Counted from the stretch's first letter, positions 17,038-26,915 are shown. The stretch: 64,000 bases of DNA from Candidatus Magasanikiibacteriota bacterium (GCA_003482855.1 DMXO01000005.1:163719-227718), one strand, 5' to 3'. Numbers and translations are program-made. The notes: a model not told the origin generated them from the letters alone.

Positions 17038-17469
17038 ATGATTTTTGAAGAAGAAAAAATTTATCCTCGCTGTTCTGCCAACATGATTATTTTTGATGCT
17101 GCAGGCAATGTGTTACTGACTAAGCGTGGCGTAGAGCCATACAAAGAATATTGGGTGATACCCGGAGGACATATCAAGCGTGAATCTCCCACAGACGCAG
17201 TGAGGAGAGAAATACATGAAGAACTCAATGTACAGGCTGAGCCAACGAGATTGTATGGTGTATATGAAAATTTGACCAATGATCCTCGTAGACCAACCGT
17301 GTCCATCTTTTATATTGGGCATATAGTGAGTGGTGATATTGAAGCGACTATAGAGGTCTCAGAGACAAAGTTTTTTAGCTTGCATGATTTGCCTGACAAG
17401 ATAGGGTTCAATCATCGTCGTATACTAGAAGATATTAGGAAGTTCCCTGAAGGGCAACCGCTTAAGTAA
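17038..17469 (+). CDS. Nudix hydrolase
   Basis: IPGGHIKRESPTDAVRREIHEELNV. Confidence 0.85.
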   Translation: MIFEEEKIYPRCSANMIIFDAAGNVLLTKRGVEPYKEYWVIPGGHIKRESPTDAVRREIHEELNVQAEPTRLYGVYENLTNDPRRPTVSIFYIGHIVSGDIEATIEVSETKFFSLHDLPDKIGFNHRRILEDIRKFPEGQPLK

Positions 17470-17504
17470 TTTTCAATTTAAAATTTAAAATTTTCAAATG
17501 AGCT

Positions 17505-18509
17505 ATGAAATTATTAGTTACCGGAGGTGCTGGTTTCATTGGGTCAAATTTTATTCGATATTGGATGCGAGAACATTCACAAGATGAAATTGTTAATTTT
17601 GATCTTTTGACATATGCAGGGAATTTGGAAAATTTAAAAGATGTCGCTGATAATAAAAATTATACATTTGTAAAAGGAGATATCTGTGATAGAGATTTAG
17701 TTTTTAATTTGATCAGGGATAATGATGTTGTTGTTCACTTTGCTGCTGAGTCTCACGTTGATCGTTCTATTATGGACCCCAGTTCTTTCATCCGTACAAA
17801 TGTACTTGGTACCCAGACTATTCTCGATGCTGTTCGTGAATATAAAAAGAGACTACATCATATTTCCACAGATGAAGTATTTGGAGCGTTAAGACCAGGA
17901 GAACCGGCTTTTAATGAACAGACGCGATATGCACCTCGAAGCCCTTATTCAGCGAGCAAAGCTGCATCAGATCATCTTGTGTGTTCATATCACACAACGT
18001 ATGGGATTGAAATGACTATTTCAAATTGTTCAAATAATTATGGGCCGTATCACTTTCCAGAAAAAATAATTCCATTATTTATTTCGAATCTCATGGAAGG
18101 TAAGAAAGTTCCCGTGTATGGCGATGGACAACAGATGCGTGATTGGATTTATGTCGAAGATCATAATCGCGGAGTTGATATGATTTTACAAAAAGGAAAA
18201 ATCGGAGAGACATATTGTCTTGGTGGAAAAGACGCTGAAATCACAAATTTGGAATTGACCAAAAAACTTATTGAATTACTCGGTCGTGATGAAAGCTATA
18301 TTGAGTATGTGAAAGATAGACCTGGACATGACAGGCGCTATGCTATAGATTATACAAAAGCTAAAAAAGAATTAGGTTGGGAACCACTTATTGATTTAGA
18401 TGAAGGATTACGAATGACGATTGATTGGTACAAGAATAATCAAGAGTGGGTAGGTAGATGCAAGAGTGGCGCATATCAAGAGTATTATGAAGAGTGGTAT
18501 GGGAGATAG
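17505..18509 (+). CDS. rfbB: dTDP-glucose 4,6-dehydratase
   Basis: SDR-family GGAGFIGS and YSASK, with overall RmlB-like sequence and length. Confidence 0.9.
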   Translation: MKLLVTGGAGFIGSNFIRYWMREHSQDEIVNFDLLTYAGNLENLKDVADNKNYTFVKGDICDRDLVFNLIRDNDVVVHFAAESHVDRSIMDPSSFIRTNVLGTQTILDAVREYKKRLHHISTDEVFGALRPGEPAFNEQTRYAPRSPYSASKAASDHLVCSYHTTYGIEMTISNCSNNYGPYHFPEKIIPLFISNLMEGKKVPVYGDGQQMRDWIYVEDHNRGVDMILQKGKIGETYCLGGKDAEITNLELTKKLIELLGRDESYIEYVKDRPGHDRRYAIDYTKAKKELGWEPLIDLDEGLRMTIDWYKNNQEWVGRCKSGAYQEYYEEWYGR

Positions 18510-18592
18510 GTATTGGGTTATAGGTTTTAGGTATTAGATTAATAATGAAAAGACAATTTTTTTAATACCTAAAACCTAATACCTAAAACCTG
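18509..18592. repeat. Long intergenic inverted repeat (about 20-bp arms, aggttttaggtatta-type) between rfbB and the next gene
   Basis: Left arm 18509-18537 and right arm 18563-18592 are reverse complements. A partial copy of the right arm lies inside a GT2 coding region at 20961-20993. Confidence 0.5.
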
Positions 18593-18597
18593 TTATT

Positions 18598-19470
18598 ATG
18601 AAAATACTTATTATCGGTGGTGGATACATCGGTCATCGGTGCCATGATGCATGGTCTGATTCAGTTTTGAGTACTGACCGAATTGAATCAAAAGAAGATA
18701 TGATTAAACTTCTCGACGAGCACAAACCAGATGCGGTGTTGAATGCGGCTGGTGTCCGTGGGAAGCCAAATGTGGATTGGTGTGAGACTCACCAACTTGA
18801 GACAATTCTTGGAAATACCAAGCTCCCTATCATCATTGCCGAAGGATGTCAGGAACGTGGTGTATATTTATTACACATCGGTTCAGGTTGTATTTTTTAT
18901 GGTGATTCAATGCATCCAGACAAAAAGTGGAGAGAGGAAGATATGGGAAATCCAACCGAGGTGACCTATTCACGAACGAAGTGGGCTGCGGATTTAGTTT
19001 TATCGACATTGCCAAATGTGGGAATTGGGAGAATTAGAATGCCCATAGATTATATACCATCTCCCAACAATATGATCGATAAATTGGCAACATTTCAGAA
19101 AGTTGTTGATGTGGAAAATAGTGTGACGATTGTCGACGACATGGTACATGTTTTCAGACAGCTTATGGAAAAGAAAGCTACTGGTATTTTTCATGTTACC
19201 AATCCCGGCACACTCAAACATAAGGAAATTGTTGCGTTGTACGAAGAATTGGTTGATCCGAGTCATACCAATGAGTGGATTTCAAATGAAGATTTGGTCA
19301 AACAGGGTCTGGCAACAAAGGGACGATCAAATAATTTTCTTGCTTCAGAAAATTTGAAAAATATTGGCATAGAAATGCGCGAAGTACATGAAGCGATGAA
19401 GGATACCATGGGGAAATACGCAAAGATGAAAAAAGAAGGCACAAGTAGTGATAAAGTATTAACATGTTGA
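18598..19470 (+). CDS. NAD-dependent sugar-nucleotide reductase/epimerase, RmlD-like (dTDP-4-dehydrorhamnose reductase candidate)
   Basis: Rossmann GGGYIG, about 290 aa, sits in the rfb context. Similarity to RmlD is modest. Confidence 0.55.
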   Translation: MKILIIGGGYIGHRCHDAWSDSVLSTDRIESKEDMIKLLDEHKPDAVLNAAGVRGKPNVDWCETHQLETILGNTKLPIIIAEGCQERGVYLLHIGSGCIFYGDSMHPDKKWREEDMGNPTEVTYSRTKWAADLVLSTLPNVGIGRIRMPIDYIPSPNNMIDKLATFQKVVDVENSVTIVDDMVHVFRQLMEKKATGIFHVTNPGTLKHKEIVALYEELVDPSHTNEWISNEDLVKQGLATKGRSNNFLASENLKNIGIEMREVHEAMKDTMGKYAKMKKEGTSSDKVLTC

Positions 19471-19835
19471 GTATGGAATTTGAAGAACGGCCATGGGGTT
19501 GGTACAAAGTATTGCTTGATACTCCTACATACAAAGTAAAGGAAATTTTGGTTAAACCAAGGCAACGCCTGAGTTATCAGTTGCACCATAAACGTAGTGA
19601 ACATTGGTATGTAGTACAGGGTGAAGCAACTATGACCTTGAATGACAAAGAAATTTTGTTGAAAAAAGGAGAGTATATTGATATCCCTGTTGAACATAAA
19701 CATCGTGTCGCAAACAGGGGAGATAAAGATATGACTTTTATTGAGGTGCAGACAGGAGAATATTTTGGTGAAGATGATATTGTTCGTTTTGAAGATGACT
19801 ACGGGCGTCAATCGTCTGATCACTTGAACACTTAA
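19464..19835 (+). CDS. Cupin protein, mannose-6-phosphate isomerase type II C-terminal-domain-like
   Basis: ERPWGWYKVL...HHKRSEHWYVVQGEA...GEDDIVRFEDDYGR matches the cupin of bifunctional PMI/GMP enzymes. Stand-alone, 123 aa. Confidence 0.75.
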   Translation: MLSMEFEERPWGWYKVLLDTPTYKVKEILVKPRQRLSYQLHHKRSEHWYVVQGEATMTLNDKEILLKKGEYIDIPVEHKHRVANRGDKDMTFIEVQTGEYFGEDDIVRFEDDYGRQSSDHLNT

Positions 19836-19841
19836 TCATGT

Positions 19842-20690
19842 ATGGATTTATCAGTTATTACGGTTACGTGGAATGCAAAAGAAAATATTGATGAACAGAT
19901 CAGGTCTGTTTTTTCAGGTTGCAAAAATATAACATGCGAAGAAATTATTTCTGACAATGGTTCAAAAGATGAGACGGTTAATATAATTAGAGAACAATTT
20001 CCTCAGGTAAAGATTATTGAAAATGGTGGAAACCTTGGTTTCGCCAGCGCGAATAACAAAGGTGTTGGTGTGGCTCAAGGAGAATTTTTATTGTTTTTAA
20101 ACCCGGATATGCGCGTGGAAGAGGGAAGCTTGGATATCATGGTTGATTGGATGAGGAAACATCCAGATGTCGGGATCGCGAGTTGTAAGCTTGTGGATCA
20201 GCATGGCCAGTTTAATCCGGAGGCATCTCCTCGTCGATTTCCAAAAGTGTGGGAACAAGTATTGCTTTTGCTCAAAGTACCACATTTTTTGCCTATGTTT
20301 TTGGATAACTATCTCATGAAAGATTTTAATAGGGAAGTTGAACAAGAAGTAGATAGTGTACGTGGTTCATTTATGCTTATGCGTAGAGAATTGGTACAAA
20401 AATTAGGATGGGCGTTTGATCCACGATATTTTTTTTGGTTTGAAGACGTAGATACTTGCCGGGAAGCCAAGCGTCTTGGTTTCAAAGTCATGTATACGCC
20501 TATTATCTCGTGTGTGGATTATGTAGGACAGAGTTTTAAGAAAAGAAAGAGTTACTGGAAACAGAAAAATTTTAGCAAAAGCATGCTCACGTATTTTAAA
20601 AAATGGGAACCAATGCATAAGTGGATATGGATTGCAGTATTTAGACCGGTTGGTATAGTTTTGGCTTTCTTGGTTGATTTGTTTGTATAA
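19842..20690 (+). CDS. Glycosyltransferase family 2
   Basis: DNGSKDET and GT-A DxD region. Confidence 0.85.
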   Translation: MDLSVITVTWNAKENIDEQIRSVFSGCKNITCEEIISDNGSKDETVNIIREQFPQVKIIENGGNLGFASANNKGVGVAQGEFLLFLNPDMRVEEGSLDIMVDWMRKHPDVGIASCKLVDQHGQFNPEASPRRFPKVWEQVLLLLKVPHFLPMFLDNYLMKDFNREVEQEVDSVRGSFMLMRRELVQKLGWAFDPRYFFWFEDVDTCREAKRLGFKVMYTPIISCVDYVGQSFKKRKSYWKQKNFSKSMLTYFKKWEPMHKWIWIAVFRPVGIVLAFLVDLFV

Positions 20691-20718
20691 TTTATTTGTA
20701 TTTTTTTGGATAATTTTT

Positions 20719-21783
20719 ATGAAGCTGAGTGTACATCTCGTCACTTGGAACGGAGCAAAGTATATTCCGTATCTTTTCGATTCATTAAAAAAACAGACTT
20801 TTAAGGATTGGAAATTAATTATTTTAGATAATGGATCAACAGACGACACCGTGGGGAACATGAAAAAAGAATTACTTGATTTTCCAGTTGAATATGAATT
20901 GGTTGAAGGAAAAGAAAATTTGGGTTTTGCAGGAGGTCATAATCTTTTGTTCAAAACTAATAACCTAAAACCTAATATCTATAACCTGTTATTGAATCAA
21001 GACATGTATTTAATGCCGGATTGTCTTGGAAAAATGGTGAAGTTTATGGATGAGCCCGGGCATGAACATGTTGCATCAGTGAGTCCGAGGTTGATGAGGT
21101 GGAACTTCGAAAAATGCAGAATTGGCGAATCTTTAAGCAATAAAATAGATAGTTTAGGCTTGAAAGTGTTTAGAAATAGACGTGTTATTGAGAAATACAC
21201 AGGAAAAGAATGGGATGATAAAAAATCGAAATTGGAATTATCATTTCGTACACATGGTGAAGCTATGGAGGTATTTGGTGTCTCAGGAGCATTTCCTATG
21301 TATCGACGTACAGCGCTAGAGGTTGTTGCATTTACTGATGGAACTTTTCTTGATGAATCGTATCATTCATACAAAGAAGATGTTGACTTGGCATTTCGTC
21401 TACGCTCTGCAGGATTTACATCGTTTGTATTGTTGGATACAGTTGCTTACCACGATCGTTCAGCTGCAGGTCCAGAAGAAATGGGTGATAGTAAAGCTTT
21501 AGAAAATAAGAAGAAACAAAGCGATTGGGTAAAATATCATAGCTATAAAAATCACATCATGACGATTTACAAAAATGAGTATTGGCAAAATTGGTTGCTT
21601 GACGCAGTATTCATAAAATGGTATGAACTAAAGAAATTTATTTATTTTTTGTTGTTTGATAGAAGTGTTTTGAAAGGGTTGGGGGAGATATGGCAGTTGC
21701 GTAAAGATCTGAAGACAAAAAGATTAAAGATCAAACAACTGAGAAAAATTAGTTGGAAAGAGATGAGACAGTGGTGGAAGTAA
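20719..21783 (+). CDS. Glycosyltransferase family 2
   Basis: DNGSTDDT. ATG at 20719 is preferred over the upstream TTG at 20674. Confidence 0.8.
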   Translation: MKLSVHLVTWNGAKYIPYLFDSLKKQTFKDWKLIILDNGSTDDTVGNMKKELLDFPVEYELVEGKENLGFAGGHNLLFKTNNLKPNIYNLLLNQDMYLMPDCLGKMVKFMDEPGHEHVASVSPRLMRWNFEKCRIGESLSNKIDSLGLKVFRNRRVIEKYTGKEWDDKKSKLELSFRTHGEAMEVFGVSGAFPMYRRTALEVVAFTDGTFLDESYHSYKEDVDLAFRLRSAGFTSFVLLDTVAYHDRSAAGPEEMGDSKALENKKKQSDWVKYHSYKNHIMTIYKNEYWQNWLLDAVFIKWYELKKFIYFLLFDRSVLKGLGEIWQLRKDLKTKRLKIKQLRKISWKEMRQWWK

Positions 21784-21823
21784 TTTTTATGTAGTGTGTA
21801 ACATATAACTTATAACATCTTTT

Positions 21824-22309
21824 ATGACATTGACTTTTGAAACAGAACATTTTATTGTCAAACCGCATCCAAAGCCATTTCTGCCACGGCTTGAAGGTGG
21901 ACATTTGCGGATTGAAATAAAAGATACATCTATTGAGGATAGGACAGAGCTTGTTCCAGAGGTCGCTATTGAGTTTATGCGTCTTACTATGGTAGTAGGT
22001 AAAGCATTTCCCATTGCTATGAAACGACGTGGTATTGATATTATAAAATTGAATTATCAAGACATGGGTAATTGGGCATTTAAAGAAGGAAAGCGACCTT
22101 GTCTGCATCTTCATATTTTTGGTAGAACTGCAAATGCAGTCAAACAACCATGGCCAGAAAGTATGTATTTACCAGATAGAGGGACTGGATTTTATGAAGG
22201 CTTTGATCCTCTTACTGATGAAGATATGTCAGAAATTATAAAAGAGATAGAAAGAATTTTTAAGGAAGAAAAGTATAAGGATGAAAGATGGTTTTGTAAA
22301 TCTGTGTAA
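21824..22309 (+). CDS. HIT-like / GalT-like histidine-triad protein (tentative)
   Basis: HLHIFGR motif; the family call is weak. Confidence 0.45.
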   Translation: MTLTFETEHFIVKPHPKPFLPRLEGGHLRIEIKDTSIEDRTELVPEVAIEFMRLTMVVGKAFPIAMKRRGIDIIKLNYQDMGNWAFKEGKRPCLHLHIFGRTANAVKQPWPESMYLPDRGTGFYEGFDPLTDEDMSEIIKEIERIFKEEKYKDERWFCKSV

Positions 22310-22355
22310 TCCCGGCCCGAGGCGGGCTGGCATCATAGTCAGTGAAATCAATGTT

Positions 22356-23198
22356 ATGAAAGACATCAATATCGTACTTCTTAATTACAAATGTAAAGAC
22401 GACATCGTACGCGCGGTGGAGTCTTTGGTTACAGATATTGCTGATTGTCCATATGATGTACAAATAACAGTTGCTGATAATTCACAGAACTGCGATGGAA
22501 TGAAAGAGGCACTAGTGCGTTTTCCAGGAGTTTTATATATCGATTCTGGTGGGAATGTTGGTTTTGGTAAAGGCAATGTCATGGGATTTAAAGCTTCTAA
22601 AGCTCGTTATTATTTCGCTTTGAATCGCGACACTGTTATACCTGAGAATTCAAAAACAGTAGAACGTATTATCAATTTTATGGACACTCATCCTAGAATT
22701 GGATGCATAGGACCAAAATTGCAGAATATGGATGGATCACTTCAGTATTCGTGCTATCGGTTTGATTTACCTTCTATTCTTATCAAGCCATTGAAACAAA
22801 TTAATTTTGATCAAAAGTATACGTGGGTTCGGAAACACGCGGATAAACTTATTATGAAAGATTTTGATCATAATGAAACACGACCTGTGGACTGGGTGCT
22901 TGGTGCAGCTATGGTCGTGAGAAAGGAAGTGGTAGAAGAAATAGGCTGGTTTGATGATCGTTATTTTATGTATTTGGAAGATGCAGATTGGTGTCATCGC
23001 ATGTGGGAAGCGGGCTGGCCAGTGTATTATGTTCATGATATAGTAATAAAACATGTTCATGCGCGAGATTCTGCAAAAGTGCCAGGTATTTTCAAAGCAT
23101 TATTCAAAAATAAGCTTGCGCGTATCCATGCCAGAAGTTGGTTCCAGTATTTATTGAAGTGGAGAGGGAATCACCGTTTTTATAAAAGTAAAATATAA
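22356..23198 (+). CDS. Glycosyltransferase family 2
   Basis: GT-A fold with DxD region. ATG at 22356; the upstream part of the track ORF contains the conserved non-coding motif and a GC hairpin. Confidence 0.8.
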   Translation: MKDINIVLLNYKCKDDIVRAVESLVTDIADCPYDVQITVADNSQNCDGMKEALVRFPGVLYIDSGGNVGFGKGNVMGFKASKARYYFALNRDTVIPENSKTVERIINFMDTHPRIGCIGPKLQNMDGSLQYSCYRFDLPSILIKPLKQINFDQKYTWVRKHADKLIMKDFDHNETRPVDWVLGAAMVVRKEVVEEIGWFDDRYFMYLEDADWCHRMWEAGWPVYYVHDIVIKHVHARDSAKVPGIFKALFKNKLARIHARSWFQYLLKWRGNHRFYKSKI

Positions 23199-23236
23199 AT
23201 TTTTGAAATTTAAAATTCAAAATTTGAAATTAATGT

Positions 23237-24337
23237 ATGAATTCATTTCCTAAAATAGCAATTGTTTACCTTTCGTTTCATTGCGAGCCATATATTGATG
23301 ATGTTGTTTCAGCGCTCAAGAAAGTGACATATCCAAAGGATAAATTGGAATTTATTATTGTGGATAACCCTCATCCAGAGCATGGGCATTCAGTGAGATA
23401 TATAGAAGAACGTGTCATGCCTTTGTCAGGCAAAGAAATCCCACATACCACACTTCTTCCTCAGAAAGAAAATTTAGGATTTGCAGGCGGAAATAACGCA
23501 GGAGTGGACTGGGCGCTTGAACATGGCTTTGAATATGTGTTTTTTCACAATAATGACGGTTTTGTTGCGTCAAATGCATTTGAGCCACTTGTCGAAGCAA
23601 TGGAAAATGACAAAGAAATTGGCCTTGCTCAGTCGCTCATGCTACTTCATCCTGAAACAGAACTTTTGAATAGTGCAGGGAATTCTATGCATTATCTTGG
23701 TTTTGGTTATTGTGATCAGTACCGTACAAAAATAAAGGAACTGGATTTACCATCTGTAAAGGAAGTGTCATACGCAAGTGGCGCTGCCCTTATGGTTCGG
23801 AGCGAACTTATTAGAAAATTTGGTTCATGGGATCATGATTTCTTTTTGTATCATGAAGATCTTGAGTGGTCATTTCGATTGCGTGCTGCAGGCTACAAGA
23901 TTGCGCTTGTGTCGGATTCTATTTTTTACCACAAATATCAATTTAGTCGCAGTATTTCCAAGTTTTATTGGATGGAGCGAAATAGATATGGTGTCATGCT
24001 TATGTTTTTTCGTTGGCCTACGTTATTACTTTTATTGCCTATGGGATTGGTACTCGAGGTTGGTTTGTGGTTTTTTGCGTGGCGAGGCAAGTGGATTGAT
24101 AAACGTTTTGAGGTATATAAATATTGGTTGCAAAAGAAGCATTGGAAATTGTGGCTTGAAAAACGAAAGAAAATTCAGCATATACGCAAGGTGAGTGACC
24201 GATATTTGCTTTCATTTACCGTGCCTGGTGTATATTTTCAAGAGAAAGCAATGGAAAATCCTATACTTAAATATATTGGCAATCCCATTATGACATTATA
24301 TTATTGGGTGGTTGTTAAGGGATTAATTTGGTGGTGA
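23237..24337 (+). CDS. Glycosyltransferase family 2 (rhamnosyltransferase-like) with C-terminal TM helices
   Basis: VDNPHPEH...GFAGGNN. Confidence 0.8.
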   Translation: MNSFPKIAIVYLSFHCEPYIDDVVSALKKVTYPKDKLEFIIVDNPHPEHGHSVRYIEERVMPLSGKEIPHTTLLPQKENLGFAGGNNAGVDWALEHGFEYVFFHNNDGFVASNAFEPLVEAMENDKEIGLAQSLMLLHPETELLNSAGNSMHYLGFGYCDQYRTKIKELDLPSVKEVSYASGAALMVRSELIRKFGSWDHDFFLYHEDLEWSFRLRAAGYKIALVSDSIFYHKYQFSRSISKFYWMERNRYGVMLMFFRWPTLLLLLPMGLVLEVGLWFFAWRGKWIDKRFEVYKYWLQKKHWKLWLEKRKKIQHIRKVSDRYLLSFTVPGVYFQEKAMENPILKYIGNPIMTLYYWVVVKGLIWW

Positions 24338-24347
24338 TCACCCATGA

Positions 24348-24405
24348 CATATCTCACAGATAACATAACTCAAATATAATTGTGTCATGTGTTATCTGAG
24401 ATATG
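24348..24405. terminator. Large near-perfect palindrome (19-bp arms) followed by a T-rich run, between the GT2 and nucleotidyltransferase genes
   Basis: catatctcacagataacat ... atgtgttatctgagatatg. Could be a terminator/attenuator or an operator. Confidence 0.4.
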
Positions 24406-24428
24406 AGTTATATTTTTGAAGTCAGTCT

Positions 24429-25514
24429 ATGCATATCAAAAAAGCAATATTGACCGGCGGAGGACGTGCAACACGATTGCACCCGATCACGACAACAATC
24501 AATAAACATGTATTACCGCTTGCAAATAAGCCTATGATTTTTCATGCTATAGAAAAAGCGGTAAAGGCTGGGATCAAGGAAATTTTTATCAATACAAACC
24601 CTGGAGAGACTGAATTGCAACAGTATATTGGTGATGGGGGACATTGGGGCATAGATATTACTTTTTTTGAACAGACGGGCGGTCCTCAAGGTATTGCTCA
24701 CGTGGTCAAAGAGGCAGAGAAGTTTATTGGCCACGATCCTTTCATGTTTTATTTGTCAGACAATATATTACTCGGAGGCTTAAATGAGTTGTTTGATGAA
24801 TTTAGTGCGGGCAAATATGATTGTATGCTTGCTTTGTCAGAAGTAAATGATCCAGAACGATTTGGCGTCCCTGTATTTGATACACAACATAATCTCATTG
24901 ACGTGTTGGAAAAGCCACAAAATCCTCCAAATAATTTTGCAGTCACGGGTATATATCTTTATGGACCGCGTGTATTTTTTGAAGCATTTGATCACATAGA
25001 AAAATCAACACGTGGAGAATACGAAATCTCAAGTATTCATTCGTATCTACTGAAGACTGGCAAAAAAGTTGGCGCCAAAGAAATCACCGGTTGGTGGAAA
25101 GACACGGGGAAAATAGAGGATTTGCTTATTGCCAATCGTCTATTGCTTGAAAAGATGGATACAGCTGATTTTCCTAATCATGGCATTGTAGAAGAGGGGG
25201 CGCGTATCCATGGTAATGTTCACATTGGGCTTGGCTCTCGTATAGCCGGAGATGTCACACTTAATGGACCTCTTATTATTGGTGAAAATTGTATTATGAA
25301 ACAGTGTACTGTTGGTCCATGTGTTGCCATAGGTTCTGGGTGCGAGGTTATTGGGGCTCATGTTGAAGACAGTATCATTCTCGACAATACAGAGATTAAT
25401 GCTGATTTGTTTATTCGTAATAGTATTCTAGGGAAAAATGTGAAAATAATTAAAAAATCATCCACTGAAGGACGATCTATAATTGTTGGTGACAAGTCAG
25501 TAATAGAACTCTAA
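24429..25514 (+). CDS. Sugar-1-phosphate nucleotidyltransferase with C-terminal left-handed beta-helix (long-form RmlA / G1P thymidylyltransferase-like)
   Basis: GGGRATRL nucleotidyltransferase motif and hexapeptide repeats in the C-terminal third. Confidence 0.8.
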   Translation: MHIKKAILTGGGRATRLHPITTTINKHVLPLANKPMIFHAIEKAVKAGIKEIFINTNPGETELQQYIGDGGHWGIDITFFEQTGGPQGIAHVVKEAEKFIGHDPFMFYLSDNILLGGLNELFDEFSAGKYDCMLALSEVNDPERFGVPVFDTQHNLIDVLEKPQNPPNNFAVTGIYLYGPRVFFEAFDHIEKSTRGEYEISSIHSYLLKTGKKVGAKEITGWWKDTGKIEDLLIANRLLLEKMDTADFPNHGIVEEGARIHGNVHIGLGSRIAGDVTLNGPLIIGENCIMKQCTVGPCVAIGSGCEVIGAHVEDSIILDNTEINADLFIRNSILGKNVKIIKKSSTEGRSIIVGDKSVIEL

Positions 25515-26851
25515 TAACGCAATGAATATAACGCGTAGCCTTCAGTATCATGAGGACTCAAAAATAGGAGTTCTCTTTTTTTAATTAATGCTATAGTATC
25601 TTCTATGTTTGGTTCATTGAGGAGTTCATGTCCTACATAATAACCTGGATTGAAAGATTTGAGACCCTGGTTAGTCACAAAAAGTATGACACCTTCTCTA
25701 TCAAGAAGGAGAGCATTTTTTATATTATCCCCGCTTCGGCTGAGTAGGTTCACTCCACCATCTTCGTAGATGCTTGAAAGTTCCCAATTTGTTGCAACCC
25801 ACCATTCACGTGTTTCGTGATGATTATATATTGGATTTCCTGAAATAAGCTGTCTATCATACAAACCCTGGTTATTATACTTGGCAACAAGTGTTCTGTT
25901 GTCAATAAGTTTAAGTATAATTCTATTTTTATTTATATCAATAATTTGTTGTACAGGTTCATCTATATAAAATGAGTTGTTGCTATTCATCTGCGAAAGA
26001 GTATTGTTTTCTATTGTCCACAAAGCATTGTCGGCATCAATATACCAGAGTGTTGAAGTTGATTGTGCTGCATCTGTCTTTGAACCAGCGAGTTCTATGC
26101 GCATGATATGATTGTTCTCTTGAGTATAGAGTGGCTGTGATATATCTACATTGTTCCATTGATGTACTATGGATGTAGGTGAAGTGATTCCGATGGTTTT
26201 TAAATCCTGAGGATTATCCAGTGATATAATATAGCCTGTATGTGCGTTATTTTCTTGTGTTTCAATATACACGATATCAAAAAAGGGTGATACTTCTATA
26301 TATGGTTCTACAGTCGTGCGCATGATTGGGGTGAGTGAATGCAGTACGCTATCAAATGCCAATATTTCAAATAGAGCATCATGTTGCGAGAGAATGATAA
26401 CTGTTTGACTTTCTTCGGTGCCGTAGATGTGGAGTATACCTGTAGTATCAAGTGCTATACGCTGGGGGACAGCGTCTTGTATGAGTGTGATATCTTTTAT
26501 ATATGTTGTTTGGTTGCTTGATATAGTGATATCTTTTTCCCATGATTTGTAGCCCTCCCTCTGTATGCTGAGACGGTAAGTACCGGGGGCTCGATCAGCG
26601 ATACGGATAGGGATTTTTTTATCGATTTTTATATTATTGAGATATACTGTCGCATCTGTTGGTTTTATATCTACACTCAAGACGCCTTTCTGTTTTATTT
26701 TGTGTTGAGTTATGTCATAGCGATAGCCCGCTGTGTACAATATAATAAGTGGCGACATGACAAAAAAAGATAGGAATAGTAACCCCATGATTATGCGACG
26801 TATGCGTCGTGTGAGCCTATGTTGTATCAGTTTTGTATGATTTTTATCCAT
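25511..26851 (-). CDS. Membrane-anchored PEGA-domain protein
   Basis: N-terminal TM segment, then a PEGA-like segment (PGTYRLSIQREGYKSW), then a long beta-rich domain. Confidence 0.55.
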   Translation of the reverse strand: MDKNHTKLIQHRLTRRIRRIIMGLLFLSFFVMSPLIILYTAGYRYDITQHKIKQKGVLSVDIKPTDATVYLNNIKIDKKIPIRIADRAPGTYRLSIQREGYKSWEKDITISSNQTTYIKDITLIQDAVPQRIALDTTGILHIYGTEESQTVIILSQHDALFEILAFDSVLHSLTPIMRTTVEPYIEVSPFFDIVYIETQENNAHTGYIISLDNPQDLKTIGITSPTSIVHQWNNVDISQPLYTQENNHIMRIELAGSKTDAAQSTSTLWYIDADNALWTIENNTLSQMNSNNSFYIDEPVQQIIDINKNRIILKLIDNRTLVAKYNNQGLYDRQLISGNPIYNHHETREWWVATNWELSSIYEDGGVNLLSRSGDNIKNALLLDREGVILFVTNQGLKSFNPGYYVGHELLNEPNIEDTIALIKKRELLFLSPHDTEGYALYSLRY

Positions 26852-26915
26852 AGTTGCTATTCTGCTTTTTTTGCGTTATAATCATAACGTATTTTACACA
26901 CAAAATCAATTCCTT

